From Octopus vulgaris (Eukaryota): DNA of 64,000 nt. Where the stretch lies: contig OX597842.1 in assembly GCA_951406725.2 (NCBI GenBank), positions 19,282,001-19,346,000 of the forward strand. Direction: 5' to 3'. Below, one piece after another: positions 26,657-64,000 of this stretch. Position numbers and translations under genes: made by a program. Numbering within the stretch: the stretch's first letter is position 1; each line of letters opens with the position of its first letter. Below the pieces are notes generated by a model that was not told the origin of the DNA, made no database searches, and saw only the letters and a list, made by a program, of their open reading frames with translations.

Positions 26657-27970
26657 GTGAGTCTACTGTCATGAGAAAGAATCACTTCAAAAATTGGTGT
26701 TAACCAATTTTCTTTTACATCAAGTTCAAAATTTTACGCTAGCCGTTAAACTGTTAATACGTTGCTGTCCGTCGTTAAGAAATGCCAGCCATGGTGACTC
26801 TACTATCCTCAGATTCTGTCCCTTCAAACTTTGGTTTTCAATATTTTATTATTTTTATTCAGCTCGCAAGTTCGTCTGTCCCTTTTAAATGTTAGTGTTT
26901 TGCTGTCTGCCTTGAAGCAGACCATTCCGTTGCCACTGCCTGATATTTATGATTGATCTTTCTAAATATTTTATTTCTCAACTTACTCAAGATTTTTTGT
27001 TGTTTATAAATGGGAGAGAGATAGATAAAGATAGAGAGTAACAGAAAGCGAGGGAGAGTCCGAGAGAAAAGAAAAGTAAGAGAGTGGGAAAGTGAGAGAG
27101 AAAGGAGAGAGAAACAAAGAGGGAGAATCATCATCATTATCATCGTTTAACGTCTGTTTTCCGTGCTAGCACGGGTTGGACAGTTTGACCGGGGTCTGGA
27201 AAGCCAGGAGGCTGCACCAGGCTCCAGTCTGATCTGGAAGTTTTTTCTACAGGTGGATGACCTTCCTAACGCCAACCACTCTGTGAGTGTAGTGGGGCTC
27301 GCAGCGGCAACGATCGGTTGGTGCTTTTTACGTGCCACCGGCACAGAAGCCAGTCAAGGCGGCGCTGCAATTGGCCACGTTCGGATGGTGCTTTTTACGT
27401 GCTGAAAGGAAGCAATAGAAGGTAACAACCACACTCTTACCCACGCGTAGAGCGGGTCACCTTCAGCTAGTATATATATATATATATATATGTATCAATG
27501 CGTGTGTGATAGGATGTGCTCCATGCATGACACTGTTCCATCCAAATATTGACACTTGAGGTTAATCAGTTTAAATTCCTTCCATTTTGAATTCAAACTG
27601 GATCCTGTACAATCAACGGAGGGCTGTAATAATATAAAAAGCACATCATTAACGAGAGAAACAAGCAGGGGCTTCAACCTGGCCCTCCTTCATTTCATGT
27701 TACACCTGTTTCAGTATTTGGTAACACATCGTTGTGTCACACAATAGCTGCAGTTGGTAGATGCACCTCATAAGGGCAGCATGTATAAGGAAATACATGC
27801 AGTAACCAAAACGAAATACTTGAGAGGTACACGGCTTGAAGGGAAGGGAGATCAGGAAAGGTAGAGTGGGAACACAACCCCCAGAAACACAATTGTGGAC
27901 TAGTGTTGATGAGAATGGGGGCTAAGAATTGACCAGAGTTTGGGGATATAGGCTGTGCTTACATGCCCCC

Positions 27971-28434
27971 TTAACCCTTTCGTTACTGTATTTATTTTGA
28001 GATGATCTGTGTTTCCTTCAATTATTTTAAATATAACAAAGAATTTAGTAAAATAACTTAGTTATTATTAAGCTAGTGTTAGGAACATAAATTGTGACTA
28101 CGGTTTGATGGAAGATTTTAATTCAAAACTTATGAAAACAAGACATTTGTACTCAGAGCCAGAGCCGGTTTCGAAAGGGTTAAGAATTGTTTCTCTATTA
28201 TATATTTTAACCCTTTTGTTACCATATTTCTGTTGAGATGCTCTGTGTTTCTTTCAATTATTTTAAATATAACAAAGAATTTAGTAAAATAACTTAGTCA
28301 TCATTAAGCTAGTGTTAGGAGCATAAATTGTGACTAAGGTTTGATGGAAGATTTTAATTCAAAACTTATGAAATCAAGACATTTTACCACAGAGCCAGAG
28401 CCGGTTTCAGCTGGGTTAGTATCAAAAGGGTTAA
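27971..28434. mobile_element. Two tandem piggyBac-like MITEs (27971-28183, 28207-28434)
   Basis: TTAA-CCCTTT...AAAGGG-TTAA termini; similar bodies. Confidence 0.8.
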
Positions 28435-28925
28435 GAGAGGGGAGACAGGCGGGTAAGTAGATAACATATCGAGTGACCAGTAAGAGATTCTGGGTGCAAT
28501 AATCAAGCACCACTGGGGTTTGTGGTAGCACCATTGATAGATGCGTCCAACTACATACAAACCTGCGGATACGCATTAACACATTAAATGCTTGCTTCCC
28601 CAGCCACTCATGCGCAGAGAGTTGGTGGGTTGGTGGGGGCAGGGAATGAGTAGGAGGATTCCTTGAGCAAGAACCTTTATTTCACGTTGGTCCAGTCTAC
28701 TCAGCGAAAATGAGTTGTGCCTGTATTTCAAAGGGTCAGCCTTGTCACACTCTGTGTCATGCTGAATCTCCCTCAGAACTACATTAGGGGTACACGCGTC
28801 TGTGGTGTACTCAGCCATTTGCATGTTAATTTTACAAATGAGCTGTTCCGTCTTCTTTAAATTGCTCTTTACCTCATTTTATAAGTTTTTAAAAACCATC
28901 TTACTTTCCTTTCTATTCAAAAGAC

Positions 28926-54734
<25,809 letters not shown>

Positions 54735-54980
54735 ACTTGTGTGTAAATGCTGCAATTGTTTAGTCCAAGGTCAACCTTGACTAAACAGAGACTCCTGATC
54801 AAATGCCTTCCAGCCAGGACCCTCCTGACTTTATCCTTAGTGTAAGGAACCCAGAATCACATTGTCCAATGTGATAATTGAATTGAGCAGGATTTGGCTA
54901 CTAATTCTAGCAAATCTATCAACAACATAAGAGATTCCCTTCCTGAATTGGTCCCTATCTTCTTAGAAATTAACTTTTGA

Positions 54981-54986
54981 AATAAA
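54981..54986 (+). terminator. Candidate polyadenylation signal
   Basis: AATAAA ~250 nt after the stop, followed by a GT/T-rich tract. Confidence 0.55.
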
Positions 54987-55104
54987 GATAAACTTTGAAA
55001 TGTTTATTTGTTGTTGTTGTTGTGTATCTAACCTCCGCCCCATTATTGTGTAAACAGTTTTAATATCCTCTCATATATTCATAGTTATCTACCTTCATTT
55101 AACC

Positions 55105-55224
55105 TCACGGTTCCAGGTTCAGTCCCACTGCGTGGCACCTTGGGAAAGTGTCTTCTACTATAGCCTCGGGCCGACCAAAGCCTTGTGAGTGGATTTGGTA
55201 GACGGAAACTGAAAGAAGCCTGTC

Positions 55225-55267
<43 letters not shown>

Positions 55268-55765
55268 TGTGTGTCTGTGTTTGTCTCCCCAACATCGCTT
55301 GACAACCGATGCTGGTATGTTTACGTCCCCGTTACTTAGCGGTTCGGCAAAAGAGACTGATAGAATAAGTACTAGGCTTATAAAGAATAAGTCCTGGGGT
55401 CGATTTGCACGACTAAAAGGCGGTGCTCCAGCATGGCTGCAGTCAAATGACTGAGACAAGTAAAAGAGTATATCATATGTGGAGGCGCAATGGCCCAGTG
55501 GTTAGGGCAGTGGACTCGCGGTTTCGATTCCCAGACCGGGCGTTGTGAGTGTTTAATGAGCAAAAACACCCAAAGCTCCACGAGGCTCCGGCAGGGGGTG
55601 GTAGCGATCCCTGCTGTACTCTTTTGCCACATCTTTCTTCTGTTGGCCTGCTTGCTTAGCCAGCAGGCTGTTGTCATTTGAAGGCTAAAACAATGCAAAG
55701 TGCATTGTGACCAGCGATGTGTAGCAACATCAGATAGCCTGGTCGGTCACAGTGATCATGGTGAT
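55105..55765 (+). mobile_element. Adjacent SINE A (55105-55468) and SINE B (55479-55765)
   Basis: Match to the other family copies. Confidence 0.85.
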
Positions 55766-56004
55766 ATATATATCATATAGAGATTCTTTTTCTATGTAAT
55801 ATATGATGCACCTGTGGGTATTTCACTTTGTCCTGTTGTGGTTTAAGACAGGCTCCCTCTAATGTGGTGATGTTTGAATAAAACTCAGGGATGGGAGTGC
55901 AAGTAAGAGTTATCTCTATTTTATATTCTAGCTTTAGGATCATTGTTAGTTACTAATTACTGAAGTTTTTTTTATCAGCAGAAAATAAAACTTTGATTGC
56001 ATAT

Positions 56005-56980
56005 ATCTATATATATATAAAACTCAACTTGTGTATCTGTGTGTTGAACTTTGCGGCACATCTCCTAGCCAACAAATCGTAGAACCACCAAAAATGGGTC
56101 ACTTAAAGTTTAGGCGAATGAAAATTGAACTGCACTATTTCTGTTCCGAAATTCATCTCGCAAGTGCAAATATCGATAATGTGTTCGTTTAGGCCTTATC
56201 CCATGCATTGAATAGTGAACTTTACTCAGTCAGCTGTTTGACGTGAACTGTGTTCACTACGCGTGCAAGCATGCGTAAATTGCATGAAAAATAAAAAATC
56301 AAGATATAAAAAAGAATCGCTGTAAACATTGTAGAAATTCGGCAAAGAAATGAATTTTCGGGATGCAGCCTGGAGGGTTTTTTTCATATTAATCGTTTCT
56401 ACTTTGTGAACACATACCAGTTATCTATGTATATAAAGCTGAAGTTGTCTGTGTGTGGCAGGTTTGGTAGCCTTCAACTAACACTATCTCCTCCGAGACC
56501 CTGCAGAGCTAGTTGACCAAAATTGAGAGTATGATAGAAGAAGGCTTGCTCTTCCTTCCGTAGAAGAAAAAAATTCAAATTGGACCATGTTAACACCAAA
56601 AATTATTTACATCAAAAAGGTGCTTTTTTTCTATGAAAATCCCTATTTTTTTGCGATTTGGGCAAGTGTCTTCTACTCTAGATTTGGGCTGACCAATGCC
56701 TTGTGAGTGGATTTGGTAGACGGAAACTGAAAAGAAGCCCGTCGTATACATGTATATATATATATGTATGTGTGTGTGTGTGTCTGTGTTTGTCCCCCTA
56801 GCATTGCTTGACAACCAATGCTGGTGTTTATGTCCTCCGTAACTTAGTGGTTCGGCAAAAGAGACCGATAGAATAAGTACTAGGCTTACAAAGAATAAGT
56901 CCTGGGGTCGATTTGCTCGACTAAAGGCAGTGCTCCAGCATGACCACAGTCAAATAACTGAAACAAGTAAAAGAGTAAAG
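56005..56980 (+). mobile_element. Helitron-like 5' modules (56005-56660) followed by SINE A (56660-56980)
   Basis: TCTATATATATAAAA-type starts; 56422-56650 matches 59190-59400 inverted. Confidence 0.6.
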
Positions 56981-57919
56981 AGTATCTCAGAGAGATATAA
57001 GCAGTGGTGGAACGATAGAGCAGTTGTATACTGTCTCAAAATATCTGTCTCTCTGAGATGGGGAGAAGGGTATCTTTTTTTCTTCAGAAATGTAAATAAA
57101 CCCAATCTGTTTCTTAAACTAGGGACATATTCATATGGCACAGAATGTTTTTTCACCTCAATGGACGTCATTGATTGGTTGAAATTGCAGAAATTGAAGA
57201 AGAGAAAACAACAAATATCTTACAAACTATAGAATTTTCTCAATAAACCCAAAAAAGATGTTTAATGTAACACATTCTACCAGTATACGAAATTATTTTA
57301 AAAAACTGCCGGTCAAACCGAAAAGATCCAATAATTTTTTACACAAAATAATTTTTGTTAAACAAAGTAAATAAAACGCAAAAAAAGGAAATAATTTTTT
57401 AAACTAAGTAAATAACACACAAAAACACAAAGTAAGGATCGATTAGTCATGACTAGCATGCGCGAGTATACGAATGCGCGCACCGGCACCCCTGTTCTCA
57501 AGTATTACCCAACAATGTAGCATTCCCATCGTGTCCCCTTGGACTGTCTCAGGGCTAAACATTAAAAAAAAACCTGGAAGAGACAAATCAGGCATCGAAG
57601 ACGCATGTGCAAATCACAACAGCCTTGAATGGAAATTGTGAAGGATCCCAATTGCCAAGACTGTTCCCCTTTTCCTTTTGGCAAGTCAGGTCCCTACAAC
57701 GGATGCTGCTGGCCGTTCAAACTGAAAGGATCCTATAAATATACCTGAATATTCAGTGAGATGAGTATCATGTTTCCAATGGTGGAGCTACATGGACTTA
57801 AAAGAAGCCTGGCTTTAGTTTTCAATGCAAAACATCAAAATTACCGTGTAGGTATAGACGTATTCCCAAACACATGAACTCACAGATACACACACACACA
57901 GACTCATATATATATATAT

Positions 57920-58297
57920 ACTCTTTACTCTTTTACTCTTTTACTTGTTTCAGTCATTTTGACTGCGGCCATGCTGGAGCACCACCTTTTAGTACTTATT
58001 CTATCGGTCTCTTTTTGCCGAACCGCTAAGTGACGGGGACCTAAACACACCAGCATTGGTTGTCAAGCAATGCTAGGGGGACAAACACAGACACACAAAC
58101 ACACACACACATATACATATATATACATATATACGACAGGCTTCTTTCAGTTTCCGTCTACCAAATCCACTCACAAGGCATTGGTCGGCCCGGGGCTATA
58201 GCAGAAGACACTTGCCCAAGATGCCACGCAGTGGGACCGAACCCGCAACCGTGTGGTTGGTTAGCAAGCTACTTACCACACAGCCACTCCTGCGCCT
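57920..58297 (-). mobile_element. SINE family A
   Basis: Match to the family. Confidence 0.85.
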
Positions 58298-58399
58298 ATA
58301 ATATAATATATATATAATTAAATAAGGGGAGAAATTGATATTAATCAATTAAAACCAGTGGCCTAGCATATTAAAAAAATCCGAAGATTAAAATATTTT

Positions 58400-58560
58400 T
58401 ACATACAAAATTTAAAGGACTGACGACTAAAAGTGGACAGTCAATATGCTAGATATAGACGTCAAAATAGTGATTTTGTGGAAAATAACGATTTTGACGT
58501 TTATATCTAGCATGTTGACCGTCCACTTTTAGTGGTCAGTCCTTTAAACTTTGTATGTAT
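58400..58560. repeat. Fold-back palindrome (~75-bp arms)
   Basis: TTTAAAGGACTGACGACTAAAAGTGGAC / GTCCACTTTTAGTGGTCAGTCCTTTAAA. Confidence 0.85.
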
Positions 58561-58598
58561 ATATATATATATATATCTATATATATATATATGGGGCG

Positions 58599-58669
<71 letters not shown>

Positions 58670-58670
<1 letters not shown>

Positions 58671-58968
58671 GGAGGTGCAATGGCCCAGTGGTTAGGGCAG
58701 CGGACTCGTGGTCGCAGGATCGCGGTTTCGATTCCCAGACCGGGTGTAGTGAGTGTTTATTGAGCGAAAACACCTAAAAGCTCCACGAGGCTCCGGCAGG
58801 GGGTGGTGGTGATCCCTGCTGTACTTTTTCACCATTCTTTCTTTCGCTCTTTCTTCTGATGGCCTGCTCGCTTAGCCAGCGGGGTGGCGTCATTCGAAGG
58901 CTAAAACAATTCAAACGCATTGTGACCAGCGATTTGTAGCAACATCTGATGGTCTGGTCGATCACATG
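58670..58968 (+). mobile_element. SINE family B (full length)
   Basis: A-box TGGCCCAGTGG, B-box GGTTTCGATTCCC. Confidence 0.85.
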
Positions 58969-59001
<33 letters not shown>

Positions 59002-59003
<2 letters not shown>

Positions 59004-59400
59004 CTAACAGTATAGCCTGGCGTTGCTCGGGTTTTTTTTATTTGTGCTTAAAACAACCCTTTAGAATTGGTATTTTCGAAAAGTAAAAATCTTGCATTAT
59101 GTAGCTTGTTATTCTCTTTAAGTGAACATTTTTCTGGTTGAAATACACCGAAAAATCACGACACGGCAGTCAAAAATATCATAAAAAATAGGGCTTTTCA
59201 TAGAAAAAAAGCACCTCTTTAATAATTTTTTATCTTAACATGTTCTGATTTGAATTTTTCCTTCTACAAAAGGAAGAGCAAGCCTTCTTCTATCATACTC
59301 TTAATTTTGGTCAACTTGCGCCGCAGGGTCTCGGAGGAGATAGTGCTAGTTGAAGGCTACCAAACCTGACACACACAGACAACTTCAGCTTTATATATAT
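59002..59400 (-). mobile_element. Non-autonomous Helitron-like element
   Basis: Degenerate 3' hairpin CCCGAGCAACGCCAGG + TTAG. Confidence 0.6.
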
Positions 59401-59406
59401 ATATGT

Positions 59407-59615
59407 ATTGGGTTGTCTGGAAAGTTCGTGCCGAGGTATAGTAGCTTACCTTTCGACTTATTTTAGAAAATGGTTGAGTCCATAAAATAGGAAATATGGA
59501 TACGCATTGTGCAAGAAAATGGTTCGTATTTGGTTGATTAAAAATGTAATGGCAAGAATTTATTGACCTTTTTCTTTCCTTTAAGAATCGGCATGAACTC
59601 TCCGGACAACCCAAT
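59407..59615. mobile_element. Mariner-type MITE
   Basis: TA-TTGGGTTGTCTGGAAAGTTCGTGCCGA / TCGGCATGAACTCTCCGGACAACCCAA-TA. Confidence 0.8.
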
Positions 59616-59936
59616 ATTTAATTTTTCATAGAACCTCTCATCTTCCTTCTGGGACCTTAAAAAAAGAAAAAGAAAACAAAATTGATTTCAGTGATGACTG
59701 CACCCCATCCTTTTTTCCTTATTTTCCCCATCCTAGAACTGACATCTTGGAGAGGTCTCCATCCTTGAACTCTTGTAAGTACAATGGTAAAGTGACTAAA
59801 CAAATAAATATATGGTGAATACATGTCAAATTGAAGGAGAGGTCTCTCTCTCTCGACCTATCTATCTGTCTGTCTGCCTACCTATCTGTCTATCTATCTA
59901 TCTATCTATGTATCTATTTATTTATATGTATCCAAA

Positions 59937-60287
59937 CATGGCCGATGCCAGCGCCACCTCGACTGGCTTCTGTGCCGGTGGCACATAAAAAGCACCATCC
60001 GAACATGACCGATGCTAGTGCCGCCTTGGCTGGCTTTTGTGCCAGTGGCACGTAAAAAGCACCATCAGATTGTGGCCATTTGTCAGCCTCGTCTGGTACC
60101 TGTGTTGGTGGCACATAAAAAGCACCCACTACACTCATGGAGTGGTTGGCGTTAGGAAGGACATCCAGCTGTAGAAACACTGCCAGATCAGACTGGGCCT
60201 GGTGCAGCCTTCTGGCTTCCCAGATCCCCGGTCGAACCGTCCAACCCATGCTAGCATGGAAAGCGGACGTTAATTGATGATGATGAT
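59937..60287 (+). mobile_element. RTE 3' UTR/tail fragment
   Basis: Matches 15800-16176; (GAT)n tail; further copies near 27128, 31390, 43455, 49545 and 62440. Confidence 0.85.
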
Positions 60288-60320
60288 GTATTAAAAGAAA
60301 AACAGGACGCAAAGGATTTT

Positions 60321-60413
60321 GCGGTACATATGTTTCGGGCTTTATTGAACAACTTATTCTTATATCAATGCATAATTGATATAACATGTAGGTCAAAAGC
60401 CTTCTTCAGCCGC
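60321..60413 (-). ncRNA. Type I hammerhead ribozyme motif
   Basis: Minus strand GCGG-CUGAAGA-AGGCUUUUGA...UCAAUAAAGCCC-GAAA-CAUAUG-UA-CCGC. Confidence 0.7.
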
Positions 60414-61148
60414 GTACAATTACCACACCAAAGACATGTATCACATTATAACAGGTTTGAGAAAAAACTGAGTTTCATTGGGAAAGTAAATCCTCATAGG
60501 CATACATGGTATTATTAGACTCCAAAACAAATCGTCCATACCTTTTCTTCACTCGATAAAGAATGAATACTGGGTAGATTACTTCATATAAGGGAAGGAA
60601 TTGGATCTTCATTGTTCTGGAACCTCACCCAAAAAAAAACCCCCAAAAAACAATGTCCTCCTCTTCTAAACAAAGTAAAAAACATCTGTTTTATATAAAT
60701 GAACAACCTGTTTGCACTTTCGCAAAATTTTGACTAGTCCGAAGAATGAACAAAATCACCAAAAATAATGAATAAATAAAATAACTTTTCCAAAATTGTG
60801 GCGACTTCTGTGTTGATGTTGAAATATTTGCAATGTTGAATTACACTGTTGTTTGACTTCCCTCTTTATCTCAATGCTTCTTTTTCTATTTCAGAATATC
60901 ACATCCTGTTGACGTAAAAGAAATTTCTTCATCATCATCCTTTTGTCTGATATTTCTATTGGCTTTCATCAATTAAAGGAAGACCATATATTCATAAGGC
61001 ACATTCATCAATACTTCAACCTTTTTATACAAATAAAATCTTCATCAAACGATGGGAAAATATTTCTTCTGGACAATGGAATTAACAGCAACGTTTTTGT
61101 TGTCTTCACTATCTGGAATGTAGAGGAGATAATCAATTTACAGATTAA

Positions 61149-62285
<1,137 letters not shown>

Positions 62286-62894
62286 CATGTCAGTGTCAAA
62301 AGTTATTACAACTGGACAAAAATTATGAATATTTTGTCAGATGAAAAACAGGGTTTATTCGTCTTAAAGCTTCATGTTATCAACTTCAATCTCATCAATA
62401 TCAATACGAAATTTATGAATATCAACTTCAACATCATGTCATCATCATCATCATCGTTTAACGTCTGCTTTCCATGCTAGTATGGGTTGGACGATTTGAC
62501 TGAGGTCTGGCAAACCAGATGGTTGCACCAGATCCCAATCTTGATCTGGCAGACTTTCTACAGCTGGATACCCGTCGTAACGCCAACCACTCCGAGAGTG
62601 TGGAGGGTGCTTTTACATGCCACCGGCACAAGGGCCAGTCAGGTGCTACTGGCATGTATATATATAAATGAAGGGGATTGTGCTGAATTTTTGAGGAATT
62701 TGTTATGAGAGAATAAAAGTATGGGAATAAGGAATAAAATTTGAAAGGGACATTGATTTTGTCTTTGTTGTGTTTTGATCATCATCATCCTTTTGTCTGT
62801 AGGCTTGGATGGGCAAGTGTGACATGAGCTGTCAAGCCAGAGTGCTGCTCCAGGTTCCTGTTAGATTTGGCTTGATTTCTTTGGCTGTATGCCC

Positions 62895-63122
62895 TTAACC
62901 CTTTAGCATTCAGATTATTCTGTCAAATGTAAACCCTCTTTAATCACATTGTTTTAAATTAATTGTATAGCATCTTGTAACTCTGAGATTTTGATGATGT
63001 CCCTGTTTATTTTTAGAATGACTTTGTAGGGTAGGTGTGAGAGGTCAGAGCTAGCTGGTTTGAGCATATAACAGGAAGATAATTTTGGCCTGGTATGGCC
63101 GGTTTGAACACGAAAGGGTTAA
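62895..63122. mobile_element. piggyBac-like MITE
   Basis: TTAA-CCCTTT...AAAGGG-TTAA. Confidence 0.7.
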
Positions 63123-63697
63123 GATACATGGTGTATTTTATAAATATTTTATAAATATGCCTGTTCAAGTATCGTAATAGCAGGAAACTAGTAGTAGCCC
63201 TTTCAATTGTGTATTTAATTTGATATATGTATGTACGTGTGTGAACATGATGAGTCTGATAACTAAAGTAAGTGTATACAAATCTTGTATTTTTAGTATA
63301 TCTTTGTATGGGGCAGAAGCAGGGACTCCCTTCTACACAGAAATAAAAAAAAAAACTTGAAACCTTTCGCATATGATGTTTGCACAAAATATGCAACAAA
63401 ATGTCAAAATCTTAGGCACATGTGGTATGTCCAGCATCCAAAGCGTGTTGATGAGAATTCAGTGCAGATGGGTAGGACATGTTTTTCAAATGGAAAGTGA
63501 ATGCATTAAAAAAATATGGCAAACAAGTGGATGGATATCTATTTCTTTACTTCCCACAAGGGGCTAAACACAGAGAGGACACACAGATTAAGGTGATTAT
63601 ATCGACCCCAGTGTGTAACTGGTACTTAATTTATCGATCCTAAAAGGATGAAAGGCAAAGTCGACCTTGACAGAATTTGAACCCAGAATGTAAAGAC

Positions 63698-63787
63698 AGC
63701 CATATCAATGTGATATCTGTGGTAAATCATTCATTCACAGTGGTCACTTGACTAGACACAAAATTACACATACATTGTAATATCTGT
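63698..63787 (+). pseudogene. Orphan single C2H2 finger fragment
   Basis: [24 protein letters not shown], directly after a SINE-like repeat (63530-63700). Confidence 0.7.
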
Positions 63788-64000
63788 CGCTTATAATTCT
63801 TAACTTTTTCAATAAACCTTTAAACCATATTACATACTCATTGTGTTTCCATACTTTGCTATGATCCTAAAAGCCTCAAGCCCTTTACTGCTATCTCTTT
63901 CTCTTATGTGTGGCAATGCTGACCATTACTTGACCACTTCCATTCGTAAACTATTCAAAGAATCCTCTGGTCTTACAAAGTTTCACATTCTTGCTCCACT

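Noticed and set aside
58417-58430. CTGACGA as a hammerhead core
   Set aside because: No correctly placed stem II, GAAA and stem III downstream

Overview
Eukaryotic, AT-rich, repeat-dense animal DNA. The (TA)n/(CA)n/(CAT)n microsatellites, the tRNA-derived SINE families and the tandem C2H2-ZNF style suggest an octopus genome (inference). Most ORFs in the supplied track are microsatellite or TE artefacts. Two host genes lie on the + strand. (1) A multi-exon gene at 28926-54734, which I assembled by hand from GT-AG sites with consistent phases: 13 coding exons, 1977 nt, about 658 aa, encoding ankyrin repeats, a MIB-type RING finger and a Death domain. It contains a homogenised 102-bp ankyrin array that varies almost only at binding-surface positions, and four paralogous phase-1 micro-exons derived from the first Death-domain exon. 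(2) A C2H2 zinc-finger ORF at about 61308-62066 with an in-frame stop followed by more fingers. The rest is LINE relics (CR1/L2-like, RTE, RLE-type), SINEs, non-autonomous Helitrons, mariner and piggyBac-like MITEs, LTR relics and local duplications. There is also a set of fold-back palindromes and Penelope-like relics carrying type I hammerhead ribozyme motifs, one of them sense-oriented in an intron of the ANK-RING-Death gene.
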